Shown here: positions 37,715-48,769 of the stretch, one piece after another
Numbering within the stretch: position 1 is the first letter of the stretch
Layout: the number at the start of each line of letters is the position of its first letter
NCBI GenBank assembly: GCA_963669295.1
Contig: OY769938.1
Location: forward strand, 338,792 to 402,791
DNA length: 64,000 nt
Source of the DNA: Flavobacteriales bacterium
GTDB taxonomy: Bacteria; Bacteroidota; Bacteroidia; Flavobacteriales_D; CALLUQ01
Reading direction: 5' to 3'
The notes under the pieces: generated by a model
What the model saw: only the letters and a program-made list of their open reading frames with translations
What the model was told of the DNA's origin: nothing
Database searches by the model: none
Made by a program: the position numbers and the translations under genes

Positions 37715-38683
37715 ATGAAAAAAACTGCTACTCCCTTATTGCTAATTATGGGGCTCCTTTTTGGCCTTTTCGCTTTTACCTCTTTTAAAGGAGGGAGTGA
37801 AGACGATAAAACTGCTACCAAGCCTTATAAAACGAAAAACGTTATTGTGTTGGTGATTGATGGCCCAAGACACTCTGAAACCTGGGGCGACTCCTTGTTT
37901 CAACATATTCCAAGCATGTCGGCCATGACCAGAGAAGGCGTATTGTGCAGCGACTTCAGGAATGAAGGGCCTACTTATACCATTTCAGGGCATACCGCCA
38001 TTACTACCGGAGTACATCAAAAAATCAGCAATGGTGGTAAAAAATTACCTAAAAACCCCTCCATATTCCAGTACTATTTAAAGCAAAAGAGTTTACATAA
38101 AAATCAAGCCTGGGTAATTGCCAGCAAGGGGAAATTAAGAGTATTAGGCAATACCAAAAATAAAGAGTGGGCCAATATATACACCCCCTCTGTAAATTGT
38201 GGCATCAATGCTTCAGGGTATGGCTATGGTAAAGATGAAAACACCTGGAAAGATGTAGAGTATATTTTAGAAACACATCATCCAAGCCTGGTATTGATCA
38301 ATTTATTGGACGTTGACGTGCGTGGACATGCCAATCAATGGGATAACTACTTGCGAGCCATTAAAAACTGTGATGCTTATGCCAAAAGGCTTTGGGAAAT
38401 TATTCAAAGTGATGTGCAATATGAAGACCAAACCACCTTATTCATCACCAACGATCATGGAAGACATCTTGATGGCGTGAAAACCGGGTTTGTTTCTCAT
38501 GGCGATGGATGTGAAGGTTGTAGAAAAATTAGCTTACTCGCACTTGGTCCTGACTTTAAGCAAGGCGCCATTGTTGATAAACGTTACGATCAGGTAGACA
38601 TTACCGCCACTATTGCTGAACTGTTGGGTATTGACATGCCCACCGGGAAAGGCAAGGTGATCAAAGAACTATTTAAGGATTAG
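37715..38683 (+). CDS. Alkaline-phosphatase-superfamily metalloenzyme (phosphodiesterase/sulfatase-like), secreted
   Basis: Signal peptide, N-terminal metal-site-like VIVLVIDGPRHSETWG, and later TNDHGRH and SHGDG motifs. Confidence 0.5.
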   Translation: MKKTATPLLLIMGLLFGLFAFTSFKGGSEDDKTATKPYKTKNVIVLVIDGPRHSETWGDSLFQHIPSMSAMTREGVLCSDFRNEGPTYTISGHTAITTGVHQKISNGGKKLPKNPSIFQYYLKQKSLHKNQAWVIASKGKLRVLGNTKNKEWANIYTPSVNCGINASGYGYGKDENTWKDVEYILETHHPSLVLINLLDVDVRGHANQWDNYLRAIKNCDAYAKRLWEIIQSDVQYEDQTTLFITNDHGRHLDGVKTGFVSHGDGCEGCRKISLLALGPDFKQGAIVDKRYDQVDITATIAELLGIDMPTGKGKVIKELFKD

Positions 38684-39416
38684 CTCTTCTTTTAAATTCG
38701 GCACAAATTACAGCCGTAGCACTTGCTACGTTTAACGATTCCGCTGTTCCATAAGATGGAATGGTAATGGGTTGTGTAAATGGCAGCAGTAGATCATCAA
38801 TACCATGTGATTCGCTCCCCATAACAATGATTCCTTCTTGCGACAATGTTTTATCGTAAATGCTGGTGCCCTCCATTACTGCCCCATAGACAGGTATGAC
38901 ACCCTCAATAGATTGCAACACCTCTTCCAGGTTTACATATTGCACCTTAACCCTAAACAGCGCCCCCATGGTTGCCTGTACCACTTTCGGGTTGTAGCAT
39001 GCTACTGTACCATGTGAGCAAAGTACTGTTTCAATGCCAAACCAATCGGCAATTCGAATGATAGTACCCAGGTTACCTGGGTCGTTAATGCGATTGAGTG
39101 CTAACGTTAATTTCCCTTGCAATTGACTTGCTTCAAACGGGTTTTGTGGGATACGAGCAATGGCCAGCACCTCATTGGGAGTCTTCAGTCCACTAATGCG
39201 CTCCAACTCATTTAACTTTATCAGAGTTACCGAAACCTTTTGGTTCTTCTCGTTACATTGCCACTTTTCAGTAGCATACACCGAATGCACTTCAACTTGT
39301 GAGGCCATTAGCTCTTCTACCAACTTCACTCCTTCCACCACAAACAGTCCATGTTCATCACGGCACTTTTTTTGTTGTAGTGACCGAATAAACTTTATTT
39401 GATTTTTTGACAACAT
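38673..39416 (-). CDS. TrmH/SpoU-family RNA 2'-O-methyltransferase
   Basis: SpoU motifs DPGNLGTIIRIADWFG, IVMGSESHGI and ESLNVASATAV. The 3' end overlaps the convergent upstream gene by 11 nt. Confidence 0.8.
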   Translation of the reverse strand: MLSKNQIKFIRSLQQKKCRDEHGLFVVEGVKLVEELMASQVEVHSVYATEKWQCNEKNQKVSVTLIKLNELERISGLKTPNEVLAIARIPQNPFEASQLQGKLTLALNRINDPGNLGTIIRIADWFGIETVLCSHGTVACYNPKVVQATMGALFRVKVQYVNLEEVLQSIEGVIPVYGAVMEGTSIYDKTLSQEGIIVMGSESHGIDDLLLPFTQPITIPSYGTAESLNVASATAVICAEFKRRANP

Positions 39417-39479
39417 AACAATACGTCAGCACGTAAATTTTATAGATTTGTAAAGTTAGCAAATCCCATCAATCAGTAC

Positions 39480-41987
39480 TTGACCGGTCGTTTTAAATAT
39501 AGCTTTTTACTTCTCCTCATCGCAGTGACTATCTTCTCGGCATGCAACCCTACCAAAAAGTTAAAAGAGGGAGAATACCTGGTAGATAAAAACATCATAA
39601 AAGGGAGTACAAAAGGGCTCGACGGAGAAGAATTGTACAGCATCCTGAAACAAAAACCCAACCGTAAGATACTTGGCTTGTTTCGTTTTCATTTGGCGGC
39701 CTATAACTTGCCCAACAATGAAAAGATAGAAGCCAAGATCAAAAAGAAGAAAGAAAAAACGGACCGTAAAAATACCAAGCGAATTGCAAAGGGGAAATTA
39801 CCTAAAGAGCGCAACCTTGTGTTTGGCGAGTGGTTGATGACTGTTGTTGGTGAACCACCAGTAATACTTGACTCTGCTTTGATTTACAAGTCAACCAAAC
39901 AACTGGGGCTATACCTTGAGCGCAAAGGTTTCTTTGATGGTAATGTGCAAGATTCAGTGGTGGTAAATGCTGAGAAGAAAAAAGCTGAAGTCTATTATCT
40001 ACTTGAACCCAAGACTCCTTATACCATCAAAGACACGCTGCATGTAATTACTGATCCAAGGTTGTATTATGTTATTGGTAGATCGTATAAGGATGCACTA
40101 TTGAAGCCAGGAGAAAATTTTGATATTGATGTGTTGGATGCTGAGCGTGATAGAATTACTCGTTGGCTGCGTGATAGAGGATATATCTTTTTCAATAAAA
40201 ATTACATTAGGTACGATGCCGATAGTGCACTAAGCTCACATCAAGTGAATGTTACCATGGAAGTAAAAAACATGAGTAAGGTTCCCAAAGAAAACCCCGA
40301 CACTCTTCTTGAGGAATTTCACATTCCCTACAAGATTCATCACGTTGAATTTCATACCAACTTCGATGCAAAAACCAAGGAAGATGCCATCACCGACACC
40401 TTGCATTTTAACGACCACACCTTTTATTATACCGACAAATTGCAATACAGTCCCCGCCTGCTTATCCAATCAATCTTTTTGCGAAAGGGTAAATTTTACA
40501 AGCTTAAATACGTAGAACGTTCCTACAGGCGACTTTCAGCACTCGGAATTTTTCAATCCATTAACATCGATTTTCAAATCAGTAAGGAAGATCCAGAAAT
40601 GCTTGACTGCATCATTTATCTTACTCCTACCAAGGAAAAGTTTTTCATGGCAGAATCGAAGGGAACCAACACGGGCAGTAACCTGGGGGTATCGGCCAAC
40701 CTTACTTACTCCAACAAAAATACTTTTGGAGGTGCCGAGTTACTTACCTTAACCATTGCCGGAGGGTTTGAAGCACAGAACTTGTTAACAGAAGACCAGT
40801 CGGCAGAATCAAGTGAAACAATTTTAGAAGACATCAACATCCTGAAATCTCTGAACACCATAGAGTTTGGACCAAGTCTTTCAGTGCGAATTCCTAAATT
40901 GTTCTTATCTCCTTTTAAGATGGAAAGCATTTCGCGTTCTGCTATGCCCATGTCTACCATCTCAACCGGACTAAACTTCCAGCAGCGTCCTGATTATACC
41001 CGACGCATCAGCAACATCTCATTAGGTTATGAATGGATTGAAACCAAAACAAAAGTACACCGATTTAGTCCTATCGATTTTAGCCTTATAAAAATCAATA
41101 AGTCACAATCTTTTGAAGACCAGCTGAACGAGATTAATGATCAATTCTTGATTAACAGTTACCAGGATCACTTAACCATAGCCTCTAAGTATTCGTTCAC
41201 GTCGAACAGTCAAACCCTAATGAAAATTAAGCATAGGAAGTTTTTCGTATACTACCGGGGTGGGGTAGAATTAGCTGGCAACTTACTGCGATTTGCTCAT
41301 AAAACGTTCAACGCGCCTCTTGCCGAATCGGGCAGCTACGAAGTTTTCAATGTACCGTTCGCCCAATTTATTAAGCTTGATAATGATGTGCGCATATATC
41401 GCCCTTTCCCTAATGGGAGTCAACTGGTAGGGCGAGCTGCTACTGGCATCGGTATCGCCTTAAAAAACCTAACGGTATTGCCTTTTGAGAAAAGCTATTT
41501 TACTGGAGGAGCTAATGGACTACGTGCATGGAAAGCAAGATCAATAGGCCCTGGCTCTTACCTTGACCCTAAAAACACATTCGATAAAATTGGTGATTTA
41601 ATGCTAGAGACTAACCTCGAATACCGGTTTGATCTAGTAGATCCTATTAAAGGGGCATTCTTTATGGATGCTGGTAATATATGGCTCCTTAACTCTGACA
41701 GTTTACGTCCGGGAGGGGAATTTGACTTCAACCGATTCTATAACGAGATTGCCATTGGTGCTGGTGTTGGTTTGCGATTAGACCTTACTTTCTTCATCAT
41801 TCGATTTGATTTTGCCCTACAGGTAAAAGATCCATCATTGGCCAAAGGAGAACGATGGGTTTGGGAACCCAAAACGGAGTATAACAATACCATCGATACA
41901 TACAATAGTGAATTTACTCCCGATCCTTTAATTGGTCCTTATAAACCCCGGTTTAATTTTAACCTGGGAATTGGTTATCCTTTTTAG
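39480..41987 (+). CDS. BamA/TamA-family (Omp85) outer-membrane protein
   Basis: TTG start and a lipoprotein-type signal (IFSAC). 835 aa. The C-terminal surface-antigen beta-barrel has FTGGANGLRAWKARSIGPGS and terminal NLGIGYPF. Confidence 0.75.
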   Translation: MTGRFKYSFLLLLIAVTIFSACNPTKKLKEGEYLVDKNIIKGSTKGLDGEELYSILKQKPNRKILGLFRFHLAAYNLPNNEKIEAKIKKKKEKTDRKNTKRIAKGKLPKERNLVFGEWLMTVVGEPPVILDSALIYKSTKQLGLYLERKGFFDGNVQDSVVVNAEKKKAEVYYLLEPKTPYTIKDTLHVITDPRLYYVIGRSYKDALLKPGENFDIDVLDAERDRITRWLRDRGYIFFNKNYIRYDADSALSSHQVNVTMEVKNMSKVPKENPDTLLEEFHIPYKIHHVEFHTNFDAKTKEDAITDTLHFNDHTFYYTDKLQYSPRLLIQSIFLRKGKFYKLKYVERSYRRLSALGIFQSINIDFQISKEDPEMLDCIIYLTPTKEKFFMAESKGTNTGSNLGVSANLTYSNKNTFGGAELLTLTIAGGFEAQNLLTEDQSAESSETILEDINILKSLNTIEFGPSLSVRIPKLFLSPFKMESISRSAMPMSTISTGLNFQQRPDYTRRISNISLGYEWIETKTKVHRFSPIDFSLIKINKSQSFEDQLNEINDQFLINSYQDHLTIASKYSFTSNSQTLMKIKHRKFFVYYRGGVELAGNLLRFAHKTFNAPLAESGSYEVFNVPFAQFIKLDNDVRIYRPFPNGSQLVGRAATGIGIALKNLTVLPFEKSYFTGGANGLRAWKARSIGPGSYLDPKNTFDKIGDLMLETNLEYRFDLVDPIKGAFFMDAGNIWLLNSDSLRPGGEFDFNRFYNEIAIGAGVGLRLDLTFFIIRFDFALQVKDPSLAKGERWVWEPKTEYNNTIDTYNSEFTPDPLIGPYKPRFNFNLGIGYPF

Positions 41988-42062
41988 CCTCCTCTATCTC
42001 CACGAAAAAGTTTTTTTGTTAGCTTTGCAGCCTACGTAAAGTTGAACCAAAAGAATAAGTCA

Positions 42063-43121
42063 ATGGCTTACGATAAAATAGCGGAATTACTAGGAAATGA
42101 AGCAGATTCTCTTTTGAATCATCAATGCCAAACCATCGATAAAAACAGCCTCCATTTACCGGGCAATGATTTTGTAGATCGAGTATTTTCAAATACCAAT
42201 CGCAGTAACCAGGTGCTAAAAAGCTTACAATCTATTTATGATCATGGACGATTAGGAGGTACTGGCTATGTCTCTATTCTACCTGTAGATCAGGGGTTGG
42301 AACATTCCGGTGGTGCATCATTTGCGCCTAATCCAATTTACTTTGACCCTGAAAACATTGTGAAGTTGGCCATTGAAGGTGGGTGTAATGCCGTTGCTTC
42401 TACTTATGGAGTGTTGGCGGCATGCTCTAGAAAATATGCGCACAAAATTCCTTTTATCGTAAAAATCAATCACAACGAATTGTTGACTTATCCCAACAAG
42501 TTTGATCAAGTGATGTTTGGTAGTATAGAAGATGCATGGAACATGGGTGCTGCTGCCGTTGGAGCAACCATTTACTTTGGTTCAGAAGAGTCGTCGCGTC
42601 AAATCATTGAAGTATCCCAAGCATTTGAACGTGCTCATGAACTAGGCATGGCAACCATCTTATGGTGCTACTTGCGTAACAGCGATTTTAAGAAAGATGG
42701 CGTTGATTATCATGCAGCATCTGACATTACTGCTCAAGCCAACCACATTGGAGTAACCATTCAGGCTGACATTATAAAGCAAAAACTTCCTGTAAACAAT
42801 GGTGGTTTCAATGCCATTGGGTTTGGAAAAACACACGACAAAGTATACAGCGAGCTTTCTTCTGATCACCCTATTGATTTGTGCCGTTATCAAGTAGCCA
42901 ATTGCTACATGGGACGTGCAGGACTCATTAACTCGGGTGGAGCTTCAGGTGGAGCTTCTGATTTAGCCGAAGCAGTAAAAACAGCCGTTATCAATAAGCG
43001 TGCTGGTGGGCAGGGGCTTATTTCAGGACGTAAAGCATTCCAAAAACCTATGGAAGAAGGCATTTCACTATTGAACGCCATTCAAGACGTTTACCTTGAA
43101 AACAAGGTGTCCGTCGCCTAA
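42063..43121 (+). CDS. fbaB: Class I fructose-bisphosphate aldolase (FbaB/DhnA type)
   Basis: From the ATG at 42063 the protein aligns over its full length with E. coli FbaB as I remember it, for example [44 protein letters not shown] and VINKRAGG. Confidence 0.9.
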   Translation: MAYDKIAELLGNEADSLLNHQCQTIDKNSLHLPGNDFVDRVFSNTNRSNQVLKSLQSIYDHGRLGGTGYVSILPVDQGLEHSGGASFAPNPIYFDPENIVKLAIEGGCNAVASTYGVLAACSRKYAHKIPFIVKINHNELLTYPNKFDQVMFGSIEDAWNMGAAAVGATIYFGSEESSRQIIEVSQAFERAHELGMATILWCYLRNSDFKKDGVDYHAASDITAQANHIGVTIQADIIKQKLPVNNGGFNAIGFGKTHDKVYSELSSDHPIDLCRYQVANCYMGRAGLINSGGASGGASDLAEAVKTAVINKRAGGQGLISGRKAFQKPMEEGISLLNAIQDVYLENKVSVA

Positions 43122-43191
43122 AAAACTAGACTAAGCGAAAGGAAATGCTATAATTGTGTTTTCTAAATCCGATTTTCTAACTTAGCTTACT

Positions 43192-44037
43192 ATGGGCTGG
43201 TTTACCAGAATAAAAGAAGGAATCACCACCTCTACCAAGGACAAAAAAGAAACCCCTGAAGGGTTATGGTATAAATGTCCTTCGTGCAAACATGTAGTAC
43301 CCTCTGAAGATCATCAAGTGAACTTATGGGTATGCGACCAATGCAGGCATCACGAAAAGATTAGCCCTGACGGCTATTTCGCTATTTTATTTGACGACAA
43401 TAAGTTTGAGGAGCTTGATCCTAATATGATTTCTAGCGACCCCTTAACATTTGAGGACACCAAAAAATATGCTGATCGCCTGGAAGCCACCAAGAAAAAA
43501 ACAGGATTGAAAGATGCTGTGAAGACAGGTGTTGGTCAATTGAATGGACAGGATTTAGTAATTGCCTCAATGGATTTCCGGTTCATTGGAGGATCTATGG
43601 GTTCGGTAGTTGGCGAAAAGATTGCACGTGCCATTAGTCATGCCATTAAAATAAAAGCACCCTTTTTAATGATCTCGAAATCGGGAGGGGCTCGAATGAT
43701 GGAAGCTGGCTTTTCTTTGATGCAAATGGCAAAAACCTCGGCCATGCTTACCCAATTGTCGGAACAACAACTCCCTTATATTTCTTTGCTTACCGATCCT
43801 ACTACCGGTGGGGTTACTGCATCTTATGCCATGTTGGGCGACATTAATATTGCTGAGCCAGGTGCATTAATTGGTTTTGCCGGGCCAAGGGTAGTGAAGG
43901 AAACCATTGGTAAAGATTTGCCAAAAGGATTTCAAACAGCTGAGTTTGTTTTGGACCATGGGTTTCTCGATTTTATTGTTGATCGAAAAGACCTGAAGGA
44001 AAAACTTGATTTGGCGATTAAATTATTTAAGAACTAG
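43192..44037 (+). CDS. accD: Acetyl-CoA carboxylase carboxyltransferase beta subunit
   Basis: N-terminal zinc ribbon CPSC...CDQC, then [11 protein letters not shown] and [10 protein letters not shown]. Confidence 0.9.
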   Translation: MGWFTRIKEGITTSTKDKKETPEGLWYKCPSCKHVVPSEDHQVNLWVCDQCRHHEKISPDGYFAILFDDNKFEELDPNMISSDPLTFEDTKKYADRLEATKKKTGLKDAVKTGVGQLNGQDLVIASMDFRFIGGSMGSVVGEKIARAISHAIKIKAPFLMISKSGGARMMEAGFSLMQMAKTSAMLTQLSEQQLPYISLLTDPTTGGVTASYAMLGDINIAEPGALIGFAGPRVVKETIGKDLPKGFQTAEFVLDHGFLDFIVDRKDLKEKLDLAIKLFKN

Positions 44038-44111
44038 GTTCTTGTCCTTTTAAAAGATTTCTCTATCTTTGCACCCTAATTTTAACGGAGTAGAATAAAT
44101 TACGATATAAG

Positions 44112-44381
44112 ATGTATCTAACTTCAGAGAAGAAAAAAGAATTTTTTAAGAATCATGGTGGTGCTGAAACCAACACTGGTTCTGCCGAAGCACAAATTGC
44201 TTTATTTACATTCAGAATCGCTCACTTAACCGAACACCTCAAGCAAAATAGAAAAGATTTTGGCACTCAAAGAGCGTTGATTAGATTGGTGGGAAAAAGA
44301 AGGAGCTTATTGGATTACCTTAAGGCCAAAGACATTGAGAGGTATCGATCGATTATTAAAGAGTTGGGTATCCGAAAGTAA
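44112..44381 (+). CDS. rpsO: 30S ribosomal protein S15
   Basis: 89 aa with GSAEAQIALFTFRIAHLTEHLKQNRKD and LVGKRRSLLDYL. The classical rpsO-pnp gene order is present. Confidence 0.95.
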   Translation: MYLTSEKKKEFFKNHGGAETNTGSAEAQIALFTFRIAHLTEHLKQNRKDFGTQRALIRLVGKRRSLLDYLKAKDIERYRSIIKELGIRK

Positions 44382-44429
44382 TTTTCGGTTACTGCAAACA
44401 ACTTATAACATATTTTAAATCATAAAGGG

Positions 44430-44462
44430 GGCAATTGTGGTTTTCACAATTGCCTTTTTTAT
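44430..44462 (+). terminator. Rho-independent terminator after rpsO
   Basis: ggcaattgtg / cacaattgcc form a 10-bp stem with a 5-nt loop, followed by a T8 run. Confidence 0.7.
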
Positions 44463-44507
44463 TTTTATGTAAACACACACGATTATTATAGACAAACACA
44501 CAAGAAA

Positions 44508-46667
44508 ATGACAGATTTAGGAATTACAAAAACCATTGAAATGCCTGGAGGGAACTCGATTTCCATTGAAACAGGCAAGTTGGCGAAGCAAGCAGATGGA
44601 TCAGTGGTAGTAAAAATGGGCGACACCATGTTGTTAGCAACAGTCGTTTCAAACAAAGATGCCAGAGAAGGCGTAGATTTTTTACCATTAACTGTAGAAT
44701 ATAAAGAGAAGTTTTCTGCCGCAGGTAGATTCCCCGGTGGATTCTTTAAAAGAGAAGCACGACCAAGTGAAGATGAGATATTAGTATGCCGGTTAATTGA
44801 CCGAGCACTGCGTCCGTTATTTCCAGACGATTACCATGCTGAGACTCAAGTAATCATTACCCTTTATTCAGCAGACCCTGAAATATTACCAGATGCCATA
44901 GCCTGTTTGGCAGCATCAACTGCAATTACTTTATCAGATCTTCCATTTGGTGGTCCGGTTTCAGAAGTAAGAGTAGCACGTATTGATGGTGAGTATGTAG
45001 TAAATCCAGCGAAATCGGATTTAGAAAATGCCGACATTGATATGATGGTAGCAGCTACCATGGATGATATAATGATGGTAGAAGGCGAAATGAGCGAAGT
45101 TTCCGAAGCAGAAATGATCGAAGCTATTAAAGTAGCTCACGATGCCATTAAAGTGCAATGCCAGGCGCAATTGGATTTGGCGGCAGCATTTGGTACACCA
45201 GCTGAAAAAAGAGAATACTCGCACGAGCCTGAAGATGATGAGGCAATGTATAACAGCGTTAGAGAATATGCGTATCAAAAGTTTTATGACATTGCAAAAT
45301 CGGGATTGGCCGACAAACACAAAAGAGGAGAACTCTTTGGTGAAGTAAAAGAAGCATATGTAGCCAACTTGAGTGAAGAAGAAGCGGAAGAACAAGCTTA
45401 CTACATCTCTAAGTACTTCAAGAAAGTACAGAAAGAAGCCGTACGAAGAGTAGTATTAGATGAAAGAGTTCGGTTAGATGGTAGAGAAACTACTGAAATC
45501 CGTCCTATATGGAGTGAAGTAGATTACCTTCCTGGAACACACGGATCAGCTGTGTTTACCCGTGGAGAGACACAATCATTGACTTCACTTACCCTGGGAA
45601 CTAAGCTAGATGAGCAGTCTATCGATACAGTAATGCATAAAGGAAGCCTTACTTTTATGTTGCACTACAATTTCCCTCCATTTTCTACCGGTGAAGCACG
45701 TCCTATTAGAGGTACCAGCCGTAGAGAAATTGGACACGGTAACCTTGCGTTAAGAGCATTGAAGCCAGTGATTCCTGCATCACCTGAAAATCCATACACT
45801 ATTCGTTTGATTTCAGATATTTTGGAATCCAATGGATCTTCTTCGATGGCTACTGTTTGTGCCGGAACATTGGCATTGATGGATGCAGGGGTTAAGATTT
45901 CTGCTCCTGTATCGGGCATTGCCATGGGATTGATCTCTGATGAAAATGGAAAATACGCTGTATTGTCTGATATCCTAGGTGACGAAGATCACCTGGGTGA
46001 CATGGACTTTAAGGTAACGGGTACTGAAAAAGGAATTACCGCTTGTCAAATGGACATCAAAATTGATGGTCTTTCTTACGAGATTCTTTCAGAAGCGTTG
46101 GATCAAGCACGCAACGGTCGTTTGCACATCCTTGGTGAAATGACCAAAACAATTGCTGCACCACGTGAAGATTACAAACCACACGCACCACGTATTGTGG
46201 ACATTGAAATTCCAAAAGATGCAATTGGTAGTGTAATTGGCCCAGGTGGTAAAGTGATTCAAGAAATTCAGAAAGAAACTGATACCATTATTGTGATTGA
46301 AGAAGTTGGCGATAAAGGAATTGTAAACATTGTATCGAGCAACAAAGAATCGATTGATGCAGCCATGACCAAAATCAACTTCATTGCTAATCCACCAACT
46401 GTAGAGGTAGGCGATGAGTACGAAGGTAAAGTGAAGAGCATTATGCCTTACGGTGCTTTTGTAGAAATTATGCCAGGTACCGACGGACTGTTACACATCT
46501 CTGAATTGGAGTGGAGAAAAGTTGATAAAGTGGAGGATGTTTTGAAAGAAGGAGACATGGTGAAGTTTAAAGTTACCGGTAAGGATCCGAGAAATGGCAA
46601 GCTAAAACTTTCACGTAAAGTATTGCTTCCACGCCCGGAACGTAAGCCTGAGAATTCACCTCAGTAA
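44508..46667 (+). CDS. pnp: Polyribonucleotide nucleotidyltransferase (PNPase)
   Basis: 719 aa with two RNase PH domains, a KH domain ([12 protein letters not shown]) and an S1 domain ([15 protein letters not shown]). Confidence 0.95.
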   Translation: MTDLGITKTIEMPGGNSISIETGKLAKQADGSVVVKMGDTMLLATVVSNKDAREGVDFLPLTVEYKEKFSAAGRFPGGFFKREARPSEDEILVCRLIDRALRPLFPDDYHAETQVIITLYSADPEILPDAIACLAASTAITLSDLPFGGPVSEVRVARIDGEYVVNPAKSDLENADIDMMVAATMDDIMMVEGEMSEVSEAEMIEAIKVAHDAIKVQCQAQLDLAAAFGTPAEKREYSHEPEDDEAMYNSVREYAYQKFYDIAKSGLADKHKRGELFGEVKEAYVANLSEEEAEEQAYYISKYFKKVQKEAVRRVVLDERVRLDGRETTEIRPIWSEVDYLPGTHGSAVFTRGETQSLTSLTLGTKLDEQSIDTVMHKGSLTFMLHYNFPPFSTGEARPIRGTSRREIGHGNLALRALKPVIPASPENPYTIRLISDILESNGSSSMATVCAGTLALMDAGVKISAPVSGIAMGLISDENGKYAVLSDILGDEDHLGDMDFKVTGTEKGITACQMDIKIDGLSYEILSEALDQARNGRLHILGEMTKTIAAPREDYKPHAPRIVDIEIPKDAIGSVIGPGGKVIQEIQKETDTIIVIEEVGDKGIVNIVSSNKESIDAAMTKINFIANPPTVEVGDEYEGKVKSIMPYGAFVEIMPGTDGLLHISELEWRKVDKVEDVLKEGDMVKFKVTGKDPRNGKLKLSRKVLLPRPERKPENSPQ

Positions 46668-46686
46668 TTCATAACATATACTGAGA

Positions 46687-46719
46687 GCCCTGATCATTGA
46701 ATGATCGGGGCTTTTTTTT
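46687..46719 (+). terminator. Rho-independent terminator after pnp
   Basis: gccctgatcat / atgatcggggc stem (one G-U pair) followed by a T8 run. Confidence 0.75.
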
Positions 46720-46796
46720 GCCTTGAAATCAACACTTTTCATCTACTTATAAACAATTGAAACCTTTGGCACCGTACTTGCGTATCACCACGTGAT

Positions 46797-47666
46797 ATGA
46801 GGCAGTTAAAGATTACGAAGCAGGTTACCAATAGAGAAACCGCTTCGCTTGATAAGTATTTACAAGAAATAGGAAGGGTTGATTTGATTACCGCTGAAGA
46901 AGAGGTAGAATTGGCTCAAAAAATTAAGCAAGGCGATGAAGAAGCCCTGGAACGGTTGGTAAAGGCTAACCTTCGTTTCGTAGTTTCTGTATCCAAGCAA
47001 TACCAAAACCAGGGGCTTACTCTACCCGATCTTATTAATGAAGGAAACCTCGGGCTCATTAAAGCAGCACAACGTTTTGATGAAACACGAGGGTTTAAAT
47101 TCATTTCTTATGCTGTTTGGTGGATCAGGCAGTCAATTCTGCAAGCATTGGCCGAGCAATCAAGAATTGTGCGGTTGCCACTGAACAAGATTGGGTCGAT
47201 TAACAAAATCAACAAAACATTTTCGCAATTGGAGCAGGTGTTTGAGCGTCCCCCTACTGCTGAAGAGTTGGCAGAAGTGTTGGAACTTTCGGTAGATGAA
47301 GTGAAGCAATCCATGAAAAATGCCAACAGACATGTATCTATGGATGCTCCATTAAAGGATGGCGATGACAGCAGCAGCAACATGTATGAAGTATTGCAAA
47401 GCGGTGATAGCCCTAACCCTGAAAAAGGATTGTTGAAAGATTCGTTGCGCAAAGAAATAGAAAGAGCACTTTCTACTTTAACCGCTCGCGAAGCTGATGT
47501 TATTCGCTTGTATTTTGGATTGAATAGCAAACATGCGTTAACACTCGAAGAAATTGGTGAGCGCTTTGATCTTACCCGCGAACGGGTACGGCAGATCAAA
47601 GAAAAAGCCATACGACGGTTAAAGCACACTTCAAGGAGCAAAATGTTGATCCCTTATTTGGGATAA
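46797..47666 (+). CDS. rpoD: Primary-type RNA polymerase sigma-70 factor (Bacteroidota SigA/RpoD), copy 1
   Basis: 289 aa. Region 2 reads [35 protein letters not shown]. Region 4.2 reads [28 protein letters not shown]. Confidence 0.9.
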   Translation: MRQLKITKQVTNRETASLDKYLQEIGRVDLITAEEEVELAQKIKQGDEEALERLVKANLRFVVSVSKQYQNQGLTLPDLINEGNLGLIKAAQRFDETRGFKFISYAVWWIRQSILQALAEQSRIVRLPLNKIGSINKINKTFSQLEQVFERPPTAEELAEVLELSVDEVKQSMKNANRHVSMDAPLKDGDDSSSNMYEVLQSGDSPNPEKGLLKDSLRKEIERALSTLTAREADVIRLYFGLNSKHALTLEEIGERFDLTRERVRQIKEKAIRRLKHTSRSKMLIPYLG

Positions 47667-47772
47667 ACAAATTAATATAAAATAACCATCCACCGTTATT
47701 CGTTATTAATAAGGAAGTGTAACCTTAATTGCATGTTGTACGTTAAGGTATTCCGTTAAAACATTAAGGACT

Positions 47773-48645
47773 ATGAGGCAGTTAAAGATTACAAAGCAGG
47801 TAACGAACAGGGAAACGGCATCTCTTGACAAGTATTTGCAAGAGATTGGAAGGGTGGATTTGATTACCGCTGAGGAAGAGGTAAATCTAGCACAAAAAAT
47901 CAAGCAAGGCGATAAGTTAGCACTGGAGCGATTGGTGAAAGCCAACCTACGTTTTGTGGTATCTGTTGCCAAGCAATACCAAAACCAGGGGCTTACCCTC
48001 CCCGATCTTATTAATGAAGGAAACCTCGGGCTCATTAAAGCAGCACAACGTTTTGATGAAACACGAGGGTTTAAATTCATTTCTTATGCTGTTTGGTGGA
48101 TTAGGCAGTCAATTCTGCAAGCATTGGCCGAGCAATCAAGAATTGTGCGGTTGCCACTGAACAAGATTGGGTCGATCAACAAAATCAACAAAACATTTTC
48201 GCAATTGGAGCAGGTGTTTGAGCGCCCTCCTACTGCTGAAGAGTTGGCAGAAGTGTTGGAACTTTCGGTAGATGAAGTGAAGCAATCCATGAAAAATGCC
48301 AACAGACATGTATCTATGGATGCTCCATTAAAGGATGGCGATGACAGCAGCAGCAACATGTATGAAGTGATGGCTGGTGGCGATGATAATCCGAGTCCGG
48401 AGTTTGAGTTGATGAAAGAATCGTTGCGAAAAGAAATTTTACGTTCGCTCTCTACCATTACATCACGTGAGGCTGATGTCATTAAGCTGTATTTTGGTTT
48501 AAGCGGATCACACCCAATGACCCTTGAGGAGATTGGTGAGAAATTTGAACTTACCCGTGAAAGGGTTCGGCAAATTAAAGAAAAGGCCATTCGGCGATTA
48601 AAACACACTTCTAGAAGCAAGATGCTCAAAGCATATTTAGGATAA
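47773..48645 (+). CDS. rpoD: Primary-type RNA polymerase sigma-70 factor, tandem copy 2
   Basis: 290 aa, collinear with copy 1 and 106 bp downstream of it. Residues ~67-199 are identical to copy 1. Region 1.2 and regions 3.2-4.1 differ. Confidence 0.9.
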   Translation: MRQLKITKQVTNRETASLDKYLQEIGRVDLITAEEEVNLAQKIKQGDKLALERLVKANLRFVVSVAKQYQNQGLTLPDLINEGNLGLIKAAQRFDETRGFKFISYAVWWIRQSILQALAEQSRIVRLPLNKIGSINKINKTFSQLEQVFERPPTAEELAEVLELSVDEVKQSMKNANRHVSMDAPLKDGDDSSSNMYEVMAGGDDNPSPEFELMKESLRKEILRSLSTITSREADVIKLYFGLSGSHPMTLEEIGEKFELTRERVRQIKEKAIRRLKHTSRSKMLKAYLG

Positions 48646-48652
48646 AAACAAC

Positions 48653-48684
48653 GCCCCGTTCTTCAACAAACGGGGCTTTTTTTT
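48653..48684 (+). terminator. Rho-independent terminator after the second sigma gene
   Basis: gccccgtt / aacggggc stem followed by a T8 run. No comparable hairpin lies between the two sigma genes. Confidence 0.75.
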
Positions 48685-48769
48685 ACTCCTTTAACAACTT
48701 GTTTATAACAATTTTCCATCTACTATTTAGCGTTTGAAAATTGAATTTACTTTTGTAGTAAATTCTTGA

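Noticed and set aside
46916-48629. Long antisense ORFs within both sigma genes (46916-47104, 47108-47641, 47706-48080, 48084-48629)
   Set aside because: They mirror the sigma coding frames on the opposite strand. Their translations are Ser/Cys/Arg-rich and low in complexity, and they are duplicated only because the sense genes are. This is the usual shadow-ORF artefact of a strongly codon-biased gene.
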